Positions 1 to 12,777 of a DNA stretch of 64,000 nucleotides are shown here, in pieces. The notes beneath the pieces were generated by a model that had not been told where the DNA came from, ran no database searches, and was given only the letters and a program-made list of their open reading frames with translations. The DNA comes from Pristiophorus japonicus (lineage: Eukaryota), in assembly GCF_044704955.1 (NCBI RefSeq), contig NC_091989.1:134416001-134480000 (forward strand), written 5' to 3'. The translations under genes and the position numbers were made by a program. The first letter of the stretch is position 1. Each line of letters starts with the position of its first letter.

Positions 1-320
1 ACTATTTCCACTGGTTGGGGATTCCAGGACTAGACACGTAGTCTAAAATTTAGAGCCAGATCTTTCAGGAGTGAAATTAGGAAACACCTCTACACATAAA
101 GGGTGGCAGAAGTTTGGAACCCTCTTCTGCAAATGGCAATTGATGCTAGATCAATTGTTAATTTTAAATCGGAGATTGATAGCTTTTTGTAAACCAAAAG
201 TATTAAGGGATATGGGGCAAAGGCGGGTATATGGAGTTAGGTCACAGATCAGCCATGATCTAATTGAATGGTATAACAGGGTCAAGGGGCTGAATGACCT
301 ACTCCTGTTCCTATGTTCAT
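1..320 (+). mobile_element. CR1 LINE 3' end (degenerate ORF2 C-terminus and 3' UTR)
   Basis: Closely resembles the CR1 3' end at 53520-53857: 'cagatcagccatgatctaattgaatgg...cctactcctgttcctatgttc'. Confidence 0.85.
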
Positions 321-339
321 ATGGGTGGACTGCTGCAAG

Positions 340-1931
340 TTAACTAAGTCGGGCCATTATAAAGCCATCCCAGGCCTCCCGGGCAGCAATGTGCGTCGCT
401 GCTGATGCCTTCTCTACCTCAGGTCCCTCCTCCTCCTCCTCGCGTTCCACATGCTCCTCCTCCTCCTCCTCCAAAGAGGGTATGCGCTCTACTCCTTGCT
501 CCTCATGCATCTCCAATCCTCACTGCTGTACTATGTTATACAGCACACAACATAAGACGATGATTCTGGAGACCCTGGCAAGTGAAGGGCTCCTCCAGAT
601 CTGTCAAGGCATCTGAAGCGCATTTTCATCATGCTGATTGCTTGCTCGATGACACATCTGATGGGCATGTGGCTGTCATTAAAATGCTCTTTGGCCTCAT
701 TGCTTGGCCTTCTCAACGGTGTGATCAGACAAGTCTTCAGTGGATAGCCCTTGTCTCCAAGCAGCCAGCCAATATGTCTGTTTGGAGCTGCGAAGAGCTG
801 AGGGAGGGTGGACTGGTGCAGCATGAAAGAGTCATGTCAGCTCACCAGGAATTTAGCACCCACATGCATGATGATTCTTTTATGGTTGCAGACGAGCAGC
901 ACATTGAGGGAGTGGAATTCCTTGCGGTTCACAAACACTGGGTGATGTGGGGGTGCCTTAATGGCCACATCTGTGCAGTCGATGATGCCCTGCACCTGCG
1001 GGAAGTCAACCAGAGCCGCAAAGCCGAGCACCTGCTCAGTCGCACTGGTTTCATCAGAGGCAAAGTGTACATAATTGGCTGACTTGTGAAAAATGTCATC
1101 GGTCACCTGGGTGATGCATCTGTGGGTGGCCAATTGCGAGATCCTGCAAATGTCTGCTGCAGATCCCTGGAAGGAGCCTGAGATGAAGAAGTTGAGGCTG
1201 GTGGTGACTTTGACAGTTACTGGTGAAGCATGTCCACCAGGTCCTCTGGGTAGCAGGTCTTGTCCAGCAAGCTACAAATGTCTGCGACAACCTGGCGCGA
1301 TAGCCTGAGCCTCCTGAAGCACTGCTGCTCAGTCATGGTGAGGAAGCTCATCCTCTGCCTGTATACCCTGTGTTGGGAGTATCGCCTCTGGCATGGTGCA
1401 CCCCTATGCTGATCCATTCTCTCCTGTGGTGCATCAGATCGGTGAGGAGAAGGCTACATTTGTGGTTGCTGCTGCTGTTGGTGTTGTGGCTCCTGCTGCT
1501 GGTGTGGTTGTTGGTGTTGGGGCTCATCTTGGTCCAATTCTGAGATACAAAGTGAGACCCATGCTAATTGAATAGATGGCAGGTAAAGTGGAGATCATAG
1601 GCTTTCTCTTAATGAACTAGCACAATGGCCACTGAACTTCGGCCTCCCTTTCACAGGCAAGGTTCCCGAGGTGCATGAATCCTGCGCGCAACAAGTTAAA
1701 CCCAAACCTGGGATTAAAAAGGTAGTTAAGAGTCTGTAAATGAGCAGTTAAGTACCTCAATGAGGTCACCCGCCTCTCAAGAGCGGGTTGATGGTACGCC
1801 TCGAAACGCACCTGAGTTAAACGCAGAAGTCGGCGGAATGACGGCTAGTTCCCATATGTTGTCAATTTCTGTGCTTTTAACCATTGCTCCGCTCCCAAAC
1901 CCACATGCTCTCCAATGGGAATATTCCGGCC
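340..1931 (-). mobile_element. PIF/Harbinger remnant with frameshifted HARBI1-like transposase (~530-1560)
   Basis: Minus-strand ORF pieces carry [39 protein letters not shown] and [21 protein letters not shown]. Terminus-like 'gggaatattccggcc' ends at 1931. The left end is not visible. Confidence 0.85.
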
Positions 1932-2034
1932 ATTGTGTATGGACAATTTATGTAAATTACAATAGAAATCTACAACATATGATTAATATGATACTGTTGG
2001 TCTACCCTGATGCCAACCTCCTGATGCCCAGGGT

Positions 2035-2400
2035 TTCTGAGATGCTGTCTTTTGGACAAGATATTAAACCAAAGTCCCAGCTACCTGCTCAGGAAGACAT
2101 AAAGGCTCCCATGGTACTGTTCAAATAAGAGCAGGCTGCTTCTCCTGGTGTTCTGGCTATACCCCCCCACCGCCCCCCCCCCCCCACCCCCCTCCACCCC
2201 CCCACTCACCCCTTAACCAACATCATTAAAAACAGATTAATCCAATTCATCTCAGTGGCTGTCTGTGGGACTTTGCTGTGCACAAATTGTCTGTTATATT
2301 AGTTAAATAACAAAAGTGACAACACGTCAAGAGTAATTTGTTGGCTGTGAAGTGCCTTGACATATTCTGAATATGTGATATTGTACTATATAAATGCAAA
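2035..2400 (+). mobile_element. DeuSINE-like SINE (AmnSINE1/SacSINE1 type), degenerate, with a poly-C interruption
   Basis: Deu-like core 'ctcaggaagacataaaggctcccatggtactgttcaaataagagcagg...tgtgggactttgctgtgcacaaatt' and an L2-type tail ending 'ctatataaatgcaaa'. Recognised from memory of the family. Confidence 0.65.
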
Positions 2401-3299
2401 TATGAGGTAAATATTATTTAATGACACAAAAGTTAAATACAAATTGTGCCTGATGTGACTGACTCTGCTCCAAATCCTCAAATAGTGAACATCCAGAGTA
2501 TGAAATGAAAAGATTCCGAAGAAGAATGGGAAGTTGAGAAGACAATGGGTGAACTGGAGAGATGTGGAACAGAGGGAGTTAGAAACCTAACAGATTTGGG
2601 AAACATAGAGAGGAGGAGGAGACAAGAAGGAATTTGGCAGGAGTTATAGAGAAAGGGTGGTTCCTTTAAATGTAGAGTGAAAAGGATACAGCAGTGCTCT
2701 ATAACACTCTTAAATGTAGGTTTTTTTCTGTCTGCAGCTCCAAGATGGAAACATTGTTCATTTTCCCTTGATGTCTTTCATCCAACCAGTGGCCACCAGA
2801 TAAATATTACAGGACGTCACTGTAATTTAAAGTTAACATCCAATCTTTTTATTTTAAAATAAAATACTCACATTGAAGATTCCAAATGAAATGGAACAGT
2901 TTTACAAGTTAGATTTTTTTGAACAGAATGTGCAATACCTTCATTCTGCAAAGAAAACATCTGTCAGTGATTGTAGTAATGTGCTGATTGAAGTCGACAG
3001 GACTGCGCTCGCAGGACTGACAGCGCAATCCCAAAAATGCCGAAGAAGTCTAAAGCCAAGTTTCCTATTAGTCTGTTGACAGCCATCTTCCCCATCCCTT
3101 ACTGCATTACTGTGTCTGCTCTCATCCCTCCAAAATGAAACCCTTCTTTAGGAAAATAGTAAGAAATCTAAACCTAAACAATATCTACTAATCCATCCAT
3201 CTAACAGATCTATTATTTCCATGGTGGATGCCATGGCTGTAGTGCCTATTGTGAATGTCTATCAATCATCTTCGTTCTCATTGATTATATCTCAAAAAT

Positions 3300-3995
3300 A
3301 ACAACATTTATATAGTGCGATTAACACAGAATATAAGATCTCAAGGCACTTCACAGAGGTGTAAGCAGAAAAATCTATGCAAAACTAAAGAAGAAGATAT
3401 TAGTCAAAGAGGTGAGTTTCAAGGACAGTCTTAAAGGAGGAGATGGAGGTGGAGAAGCAGAGGAATCTAAGGAGGAAATTTCCAAGTGTGAGTCCTAGGC
3501 AGCTGACAGCACAGCCACCAATGGCGAGGCGAAGGGTCAGGTGGATGCATAAAAAGCTAGAGGCAGAGGAATGGAGAAGTTGGGGGTGGGGGTTTGATTT
3601 TGGGGGGGGGAAAGGAATGGCTGTAGCACTGGTGGAGGTTACAGAGCAAGACCATTGAGTAATTTAAACATGAAAATTAGAATTTCAAACTTGAGGCATT
3701 GAGGGACCAGGAGCCAATGTAGGTCAGCAAGGACAGCAGTGATGGGTGAGGAGCCCCAAGTGCAGGATAGGATACAGTCAGCGGAGTTTTGGATGTGCTG
3801 ATATTTACTGAGGATGAGAATGGAATGCTAACCATGGGAGATAAGAATTAACTGAGTCTGAAGATGTCAAAGGTATGGATGAGAATTTCAGTGGAAGATG
3901 AGTTGATTTAGTTGCAGAGGTGAGCAATGTTACAGAGGTGAATGGAGGTAGCTTTTGTGAAAGAGAGGATATGGGGTCGGAAGCTCAGCTCAGGA
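3300..3995 (-). mobile_element. L2-like LINE 3' fragment, degenerate
   Basis: Reverse complement resembles the plus-strand L2-like tails at 4005-4190 and 23830-24060 ('acaacatttatatagtgc...tcaaagaggtgagtttcaaggacagtcttaaaggaggagatggaggtggag'). Confidence 0.6.
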
Positions 3996-4004
3996 CACCG
4001 TGGT

Positions 4005-4190
4005 TGTCCACTTCTCTCTCCATCTTTAATATGCTCCTTAAAACCTACTTCTTCGACCAAACTTTTGGTCATCTGCTCTAACATTTCCTTATATGGCTCA
4101 GTGTCAATTTCTTTTGATAACTCCCCTGTGAAATGCCTCGGGACGTTTTATTACGTTAAAAGTGCTATATATATATACTGTTGTTGCTAA
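4005..4190 (+). mobile_element. L2-like LINE/SINE 3' tail
   Basis: 'ctccttaaaacctacttcttcgaccaaacttttggtca...ctgtgaaatgcctcgggacgttttattacgttaaaagtgctatata...tgttgttg'. Confidence 0.7.
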
Positions 4191-5749
4191 TAATCTGGTT
4201 CAGCCTGAGATTTAATTCCTCATTGGTTAAGTTAGTGTTTTTCTGTACACCAATCATAATGTACAAAACGTTTCTCACCCCCTAAGATCCTCCCTAATCA
4301 CATTAGAGCAAAATACATTTTTCCACCATGCAGCTTCCCATGGAGGTCCCCACCCACCCCACTGTATGCTAAACATAACATTCATCACAAAAACATAAAA
4401 TTCAACAAGTCATAAAACTGACCCATCCTACTTTCCATTCAGTCTAATATTTCCCCTACCCATTCCATGGAAGACCCAAGGCAAGACGTTAGGGCCCCAA
4501 TAGTGCCATCTCTACTGCCATGTTTTACATGCCCACTAATATTTTCAAGCGGGCCTCAATACAGGTGGCCAGCATTCCCGCAGTAGCCTCATTATGCCTG
4601 CAACTCTGCATTCTATGACGTAAATAGGACCCCAATGCCATTTTAGTCTGGGATTGCAGGACTCGCCCATTGCCCTCAAGCAGAAAGTGGCTGCAACCAG
4701 TATCCCTTAAAGGGATCACTGGAGGACACACGAAGAGATGTAAAACAATAGGTTGATGGACTTGCATCTTATTTCCAGCACTTTCTGCTCCTATTTCCAA
4801 TGCAATTAATATTCGGATATCTTACAAACTCAGGTATATATCCATGACATTTGTAAGCTTATCAGTATTTTGTACTGTAAAGTGTTGATTGCGAGTACAC
4901 AATCATCCACACTGCAAATTTCCTGTTTTAACAGAATTTTATGTGAGAGCTTTTTAGCTCTGCCTTCCCAATTCTCAGATGCCACAGGCTAGATTTCTGA
5001 CCACAAATAAACCTGACTGGAAGTTGGGTAGTCAACAAGTCACACCCAGCCAACAAGCAGAGCTCCAACAACAGCCCAATTTCCATGGCCTGCTTAATTA
5101 TAATAAAGTCGGGGAGCTCCAGGTATGGAAAACGCCTCTCACTGAGGGCTCGCCACTGGACAAAATGGGAAATCTTGTGCAGATATAGGATTTAAGGTTC
5201 AAAAGGGCAGGCATCCATTTTGTTGAAAAGTTGAAAATAGCACGTTTAATAGCTAAGGATGTCTACAAGGTAAGGCACAGAGCAGCCCGGTTCTGTGATG
5301 GGGACATTGAGGTTCTTCTGGAGGAATAACCTTTGCAGCAATGCTTGCCACAGTCCCCCAATGAAGATCGGTCTAGAGGGAATAGTAAGAGGTTACTCCA
5401 ATCTGAGGGCCAGCTGAACCATATTATCATTTGGACATAATGCAGTAAAAAGTTCAACAACCTTTACCAGGTCAGCCAAGGCAAAAAACTCAGCATCACC
5501 TTAACTTGGTACAACATGCAAGCATTTACAATTACCTGCCCCTCACACAGTTTTGAAGTACAGGGTACTTCACAAATTCTATGATTTTATGATCCAATTC
5601 ACCCACCTTCTCCGTTCTCCCACTGTTTAATTCCCAATCCTTTTATCTCATTGGTTAAGGGGATGTCCTGCACACTCATGTCCCAGTTACATGTTTCTCT
5701 CGCGGCTGCGTTAGCAGCTCACTCTTTCAGCAACTTTCTGAGGCACGCA

Positions 5750-5885
5750 CGGAGGCTATTCCCTACATTACAACAGTGACTGCACTTCAAAAAGTAGTTC
5801 ATTGGCTGTGGAGTGCTTTGGGACATCCGGTGGTCGTGAAGGGCATTGTATAAATCTAAGTCATTCATTCATTCATTCATTCATT
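5750..5885 (+). mobile_element. DeuSINE/L2-type 3' tail ending in (TCAT)n
   Basis: 'ccctacattacaacagtgactgcacttcaaaaagtagttcattggctgtggagtgctttgggacatcc...tataaatctaagtcattcattc'. Confidence 0.7.
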
Positions 5886-6085
5886 TCAGCCCATTGTGTC
5901 TGTGCCGGCCGACAAAGAGCTATCCAGCCGAATCCCACTTTCCAGCTCTTGGACCATAGCCTTGTAGGTTACGGCATTTCAAATGCATACCCAAGTACTT
6001 TTTAAGTGTGGTGAGGGTTTGTTTCTCTACCACTCTTTCAGGCAGTTAAAAAAATTCCTCTCATCTCCCCTCTAAGCCTCCCATA
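5886..6085 (-). mobile_element. CR1-type LINE 3' fragment
   Basis: 'cagcccattgtgtctgtgccggcc...tctaccactctttcaggcag...ttcctctcatctcccctcta' is arranged like the minus-strand CR1 3' ends at 58595 and 59723. Confidence 0.55.
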
Positions 6086-6087
6086 AA

Positions 6088-6660
6088 AGAGCATACCACT
6101 ACAACTTCCAGCGCGAGCCGTTCCAAGTTTGCGATGATTTCGAGGTGGCGAATGGGTGACATCATCAAAACCCAAGTCGCTGTTTGGAGCATGGGCAGGA
6201 ACATCGGTGGGGCCCAGGTACAGCGAAGGAGTGGGAAGGTCAGGGCAGATGAGCGGCAAGAGCTCGTGGCGGAGATGCGGCGAATGTTTGTGGCGGAGGA
6301 GTGGCGAGAGATCATGGCGGAGGTGCGGCAAATGAGTGTAAGGGGGCCAGAAGAGCCGAGGGCCCAGGGGCAGCACGGGCCAGCCCACACTGTGATATGT
6401 GTGCGCATTAGGTCCGTGCAGCAGAGTAGGTCTCCAGTTGTCCTGGTTAACCCTTGGATAAAGGCCTAGCTCTGTCAAGCCTGTGTGGTGACTGATGTGC
6501 AACGGCCACCACACGCTAAAATTCCACGCACAGGCATCTTCCACCCCTTCAATTGGAGTTCAGGACTGGAATATCGATCCTTCATTGAAACATCTGTGAA
6601 CTCATCTCTTTTGGTGTGGAAGCAAGTCATCCTTGTTCGAGGGACTGCCTATGATGATGA
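6088..6660 (+). mobile_element. GC-rich non-autonomous repeat with internal ~24-bp tandem repeats and an (ATG)n tail
   Basis: Four units like 'gagcggcaagagctcgtggcgga' at ~6251-6335. Ends 'gagggactgcctatgatgatga'. Abrupt GC shift relative to the flanks. Confidence 0.55.
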
Positions 6661-7604
6661 CTTTACAAATCTTACTATCAATGCCCATGAGGCAGAGGGT
6701 GATTTTTACACTCCCAGCCTTCACCTGGAAGTGTTCCTTCAGTTGCATCTTTTAATATATTCAGCCCAAGCAAATTCTCCCATCTATGGTAGCTCAATAT
6801 TGCCTGAACATGTCATCACACTGCATACTGCCACTTGAGTGTCACTTCTTTTACTCTGCTTCCTCCTTCGTGGCCTCCATGGCATTGTCTCTTTTCAGGA
6901 TAAAATAGCAAACAGCAACAATCCAAGAAACTCTCACCAGGTTGAGCTGCAGGACACCCCAGATCGATCGAGGCACCTGAAGCAAAATGGTCATGGTGTG
7001 GTCAATGATAACTTGATGTGCTTCATTGTATCTGTGCTCCACTGGTGCCCTAGAATTACACAGAGGTGTCATGAGCCATGACTGTAGAGGACTGCCTTGA
7101 TCCCCAGGAGTCACCCTGCAATTTGCTTTTCAGGTTAAATATTGATGGCACCGAGGATTGTTTAAAATAAAGGCATTGTGACAGCTACCAGAAAAACAAA
7201 AATTTACTGCCATGATGTGATGTTGATGGTTCAAGACGGGCTGAACATTGAGAGAGTGGAATCTTGCATGATTCATATACAATGTGCAATGGAGCACATA
7301 TGGCCATGTGAGTTCAATCCCTGGCACCGTCAGAAATCCTGCCACTCAGTAAAATGACATGCTCTCTCATGCTGCTGTGGGCGATCCAAGGGGAAGAATA
7401 TGAGCTCGGATGGTTGAGCTAGCAATGCATCTGTGACTTGCTTCACATATCTATGCATAGCTAATTGGCAGATATTCACAATGTCCCCAGTGGCAGCTTG
7501 AAATGACCCCATTGTATAAAAATTGGGAGAGGTTGTCCTTTTAAAAACTTCTGGTAGTGCCATGTATGTATTGGATTTAAACTGCAAACCTGCTTACATT
7601 ATGT

Positions 7605-7748
7605 GGCACATCTCTGTCCTACATTACAATAGAGACTACACTTCAAAAGCGCTTTATTGGTTGTAAAGCGCTTTGGGATATCCTGCGGTTGTGAAAGAAG
7701 CTATATAAATGCAAGTCTTTACTTCTTTCTTTCCTTCTTTCTTTCTTT
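7605..7748 (+). mobile_element. DeuSINE/L2-type 3' tail ending in (TTTC)n
   Basis: 'cctacattacaatagagactacacttcaaaagcgctttattggttgtaaagcgctttgggatatcc...gctatataaatgcaagtcttt'. Same family as 5750-5885. Confidence 0.75.
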
Positions 7749-8630
7749 GTGGTGGCTTCCCTGAAAAAGTGAAGTCTCTGCTTCTCAGACAAGTGAAGAT
7801 ATTTATGCCTCTAGCTGGTAAAGGGGTACTCGTAGACCCTTTCAGGTATAATCAAACTTTTCTGGAATCCCTCTGTTGGGATGTAGGGCAATTCCCAATG
7901 GAAAACCCAATGTGACAATATGGCTAAAGGAGTGGAAATTAAGCCAGTGCAACAGCAATTGCCACAGAGGCTGTGTAAAGACCTCGGAGGCAACAGGAGA
8001 TAAAATCACAAGAGAAAAGCTTCAGGAATGGCCTGCAAAAATTCAATGTCATCACTGGCCTCTTTAGACTGATTTCCATTTGTAGCTCAGCAGCTCTGAA
8101 CATCCAGTTGATATGGGCTGGTAAATGAAGCAGTATTAAATGGGTGGATATGACAGAAAATTTGACAGAGGGTGTATTCATGCCTCTGTGCATTCATTAT
8201 TATGCCCACAAACTGGTGGGTGCTATCTACTGACTTTACAAATGTGATGAGAAAACCAGAATGAGGGCAAAATGGGCTGAGGTCCGATGTTATGCATCTC
8301 ATTGAAGAGACGAGATCTGTCCAATTTACTCCCATAAATCAGATGGATCCAATTAGAAAATCAAAGCTGCTGTATGATAGTAACATAACTATTAATGGTG
8401 ACATAAGCTCCAGACACCCACAGACCAGTGATTACAGCATTGACAGCCTGAGGGTTTCTGGAGTCTGATTGCCATTTTATGTATTCACCTTAGCTTGCCC
8501 ACTGCTACATGTGCTGATTTGGTCTGTTTAGGGTCACCTTCCTATTCTTTCTGATAGCGTAATTAACAGTTCTTGAACCGGTCCTAAGTGTCCTAATGTT
8601 ATTATCCCACAACGTAATTTCAGAGGCAAT

Positions 8631-9343
8631 GGGGGAGACATTTGGTCACGCCCCTATTGTGGCGTTAATCCAGACGGAGCGGTACTTTTAGCGCCTTGAA
8701 AAAGTTTGCGCCTCCCACCCAGAAATTCATCAGAATCGGTCGAAGAGCTGAATCAGCCGTGGCACACCAGAGCTGGGGGGATGCTAACAAAAATGCTGGT
8801 ACTAAATTTAACCGAGTCATTGCATATGTGCCAAACTTCAATTCAGATCCCAGGAAAAGCCAAATCTTAAAGACATGGCATAGTAATGCACCCATTAAAT
8901 TTTTCAAATTCACTATTTCTCAAGCTGAACTGTTACTTCTGTCTGCCACTGCAAACTCTGAGGCTCACAACCGTGCTGTAAATGTTGCACTGACTGTGAC
9001 CTCTGATGGAAGCGCTTCCTCATCCCTTTAAGTAGCCACCAGTTAACGACTCTGCAAGCCTGTACCGACTGTTTTTCTAGACATTGTTCTTGACGGCTGC
9101 TAAATGAGGCGGCCGCACCTAATTTTCCAACCGGGGCACAAGTGTGGGCGTTGCAGCAGGAATACGTCATGATCGGAGTGATCGTCAGCAGCCAGACGCT
9201 ACTGGTTTCCGCCCCCGGTGAGCCCCTAATGAATTTTTGGTCGGGGCGCTAAACACTGCGCTCCCAGTCGGTAACCTCTTACGCTCCCATTAATGTCCCC
9301 TCTGGTCGCTAACTGAGACGTTAGACAACCGAAAATCCAGCCC
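8631..9343. mobile_element. Harbinger-type MITE
   Basis: Imperfect TIRs 'gggggagacatttggt' and 'accgaaaatccagccc'. AAT on both sides (8628-8630, 9344-9346). CpG-rich against AT-rich flanks. Confidence 0.65.
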
Positions 9344-9415
9344 AATTTTTTTTTTAAGTCAAAAATGCCTTTACATTTATACCAACTTCTTAATGCAGAA
9401 ACATGTAACAAAATA

Positions 9416-9512
9416 TTCTGATGAATGGTCATTGAGCTGATACATTAATTCTGTTTCTCTCTCCACAGATGCTGCCTGACCTGCTGAATATTTCTAGCAT
9501 TTTATGCTTTTA
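9416..9512 (+). mobile_element. Penelope-like element terminal fragment
   Basis: 'ctgatgaatggtcattgagctgatacattaattctgtttctctctccacagatgctgcctgacctgctgaatatttctagcatttt', recognised from memory as a common fish/shark repeat end. Confidence 0.5.
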
Positions 9513-10809
9513 TAACAAAATATTACCTCATTCTAAATATTTTCCTTAGTAATATAGCATAGCACAAATATTGCAAATTTAGAATTGACCTTTCCTCTGT
9601 AAAACTATAGCAAACGTTACATAAGAAATTATAATACCAATTCAATTTTACCCCACTGCTGTAATGTAAAAACAAGCACAACTGAACTTTGCAAAATAGA
9701 TGTTCTATAATTAATGTGTACAAAAGAGCCATTGTATAAATGATTAATGAAAAAGGAATTTTAATAACCTGTCAGATTAAATCATATAACATGTGCTATC
9801 TACATTTTTATAAAAGTTGAGATCAGTCAGTTAGTTTGAGCCTGGTATGGCTTATTTATATTGGTTAAATATAGTTTTTCCAAACACAATTCATGCATAA
9901 GTACGTTAATGCTACAAAACTAACAGATACTGACATAAGGAATTCAAGCACACTAACACAGAAATCATGCACACTTTCTGTCAGTACAGATGTTTACATT
10001 TGCAACAAAACAATTTGCAAATAGCTATTATAAATGTTGTTTAAAATGTTTTTCTGTATAAGTCAATTACATAAAGATCCTGGGGTAGAGTTTCCGTTGG
10101 ATTGCACTGTCGAAATTCGGCCAAAGCAGTACAATAGATCACGGAATTTCAAACGCAAGTTACATTGAACGCAAATTGAGTTTCCACGATCTTGTGCTTC
10201 AAGCCAGCCCCACCCACAAAACTGTCCATTTCCCCCAAATCGAATTATATAATTTGAGCTGAAAGAAAGGATGAATGTTGAACAAAATAAGAAACCTAAA
10301 CTGGACTGACTGTAATAAATACAGAATGTAAGTGGCTCAATACCTTTAAGAAGAATGGCCCACCGTTCAGTTGCAGCATCATGTTGCCCAGTTTGTGCAT
10401 ACGCAATACTGCTTTCAAATTCACACAGTGCCATTTTCTCTTTCAATGTGTACATAATCATACATAGGTTACAAACATGCAGAACGAGCCAGTGCGTGGC
10501 CTTGTCTTGTTGCGGGTTTCCCATGTCAAAAGTTGGGGTACAGTGAAAGGATTTTGCATGTGTACTTGTTTATCATTAGTTTATCTGAATGGAAAAAGAT
10601 CATTTCATACCATAATCCTGCTTCTTCCACACACCATGTACAAACAACCCTATCATGGACTCTACCCCATCCATTTAATCTTACATAAGAAAGTTCCGTG
10701 TAAGTGCTCCCTGATCCCTAAGCGTAATTAAATAAACTCCACATCTCTACTATTCAACCTTTGCTTGCTGTTCTTTGCATTCATTCCATAATTTGGAATG
10801 GAATTTGAA

Positions 10810-11000
10810 ATGAGGGGCTGAGTGGCACATCATGTTGTAACAATAAGAACTGGGTTTGAATTCAGTGCTGACTAATTGGATAAAATTCTCCTCTCTTTGT
10901 TTGGTATCAAGGTCCTGTGAGAAAATAGATTGGGCAGACCTTTTCTAAATTGCTCTAATATGAAACTACCCATAATTAAGCAAATATTACCATTACCTTG
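10810..11000 (+). mobile_element. Possible ancient LF-SINE-like remnant
   Basis: tRNA B-box-like 'ctgggtttgaattcag', then 'ggtcctgtgagaaaatagattgg' and 'cataattaagcaaatattacc', loosely similar to the LF-SINE core as I recall it. Confidence 0.3.
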
Positions 11001-12777
11001 ATAGATTTATTTATATTCTTTGCTTGTGCTCAAATGAGACTCCTAACAAAACCTCTTTATATCTCACTTGGGATTTTGGGCATGAGAAATACTTGATTCT
11101 ATTCTTTGCCTTCAGCGTTGTACCAGGAGGTTTGTTTGGTATAATTTCCTACAGGAAGTGGAAAATGTTGCGACAATCTATCTTTCTAATTCCCCCCTGT
11201 GATTAATTGTATTTAAGCAAACATCAGCCAAATAATGATTTTAAATTTCAGTCTTTTGGTTGGAGCATTCTGAAAATTGGTTTAAAAATAGTTGCTAAAC
11301 ACAAAGCTGACAAAATACAGTAAAATAGCTTCCTCTGGTGTTTAATAAGGATGTGTCTGTTCTGTCTGCTTACAGCTCCCTGATCTGATACAATATTCAG
11401 CCCAATACACTGAAAGTATATCTTGCTCCAGCTCAATGCACAATATGCCTTGCACAACAAGAAACAGCCTGTGATTACAGCCAACACTACTTTGCTTCAC
11501 TGTTATCTCTTTGGCATTGGTAGCATTTAACCCCCTTAAATTTACCATCTCACCATTCTAAATTGGTGTTGTGTACCAGTCTCATTATGCATGCTGGGTT
11601 CCATTGGAGCCTGATTTTATTTATGATGGAGACTCAAATGCTTTTTCCTTTTCCTCACTCACTTAAAAAACTAACTTCCCACCAACAAGTCTCTAATAAG
11701 ATCATTCCCAGTTGATCTGCAACCAGCACCTATCACTTTACTCAGCTCCAAGTTCAGGACACAGCAGATGCAAACCACAAGATGTTAAGTGCAAACATGG
11801 ATGACCACCTCTCCACATTTACTTTGCTGGGCAGTCATAGGCCCACATTTTTATGGATGCTCAATGCCATCAATTTCCTGAACCTCAGGTTGTTTTCACT
11901 AAGGGATGCAAACAATTGAGGGGTCCACACAGTTGCAGTCAACTGCATTGCTCTAGTGTAACAATGGTGCCAAATCTTGCAATGTGCGACATTAGTTAGA
12001 CCTTTTCCTGCAATTGTCTAAATTTTTAAAATCTCTAATAGCAATTTACTACCTATAGGAATGAGGCACCACTGTTTAAATTGTCCCCTTTCTGGGCTGG
12101 AGAAGTTGACTGGCATTGTCGGAATAATCATCCCATTGTTAAAAGGGTACTTACACTGTTAAGTGCAAGTCCTAACTTTCTAGGATGAGTTTAATGTGAA
12201 AATCCAGCATGTTCTTAATAATTGAGGGCAAACTGCTGTTTGTATGAGGCAAATGCCGATGCGGCATCAATCGACCATAGGTTATGATGACTCGCAACAC
12301 ACAGAGGATCCCCTAAACTTGGTAGCTGATTTATCCACATGGCATGAGTCGTGAACTCACTGTTATTTTTCCAGGCAGATTTGGGTCATGTATCCTATAC
12401 CAAGCTTAAATACTAATTAAACAGGAAAGGAGAGTACGGTACAGACTAAATTAAGGGGGGACATTGTAATATAGTTCCACCTAGTAGATCACTGCTCCAC
12501 CAAGTGGACTACTGTGGTAATGCAGCCATTGCTGTTTACAAAGAATACAAAAGGAATGGAGCTATTTTGGAGTCTGTGTGTGTTGTGATGTCATAAAGAA
12601 CATACCACATTGGCGATGAAGGATGGGATAATTGGATTCCCTAGCTGAAATTTTTGTTGGTGGATGATTTCAGCTAGAGAGGTCTAGAGAGGTCTAAAAA
12701 ATCCAAGGTAAATTAGCAGAACGGCTAAAAAATCCAAGGTAAATTACAAGCACACTTCGCTGAACTGAAGAGTCCAG

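Larger units (their letters stand above)
5270..8333. mobile_element. Old degenerate Harbinger: Myb/SANT-like remnant (+, ~5280-5480) convergent with transposase remnant (-, ~6850-7590), interrupted by younger retroposons
   Basis: Plus strand reads AARFCDGDIEVLLE...CSKKFNNL. Minus strand reads FYTMGSFQAATGDIVNICQ, FHSLNVQ and WLMTPL...EHRYNEAH. Boundaries are approximate. Confidence 0.6.

Noticed and set aside
10063-10524. 153-aa minus-strand ORF
   Set aside because: No recognisable motif or exon structure. Likely a chance ORF, as are most short ORFs in the track.
11690-12400. Possible very old Harbinger remnant
   Set aside because: Only faint word-level similarity, not enough to support a call.
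12451-12464. PPT-like 'ttaaggggggacat' before the 5' LTR of A, suggesting a tandem element
   Set aside because: No retroelement coding sequence upstream, and the GACAT TSD closes the element exactly here.
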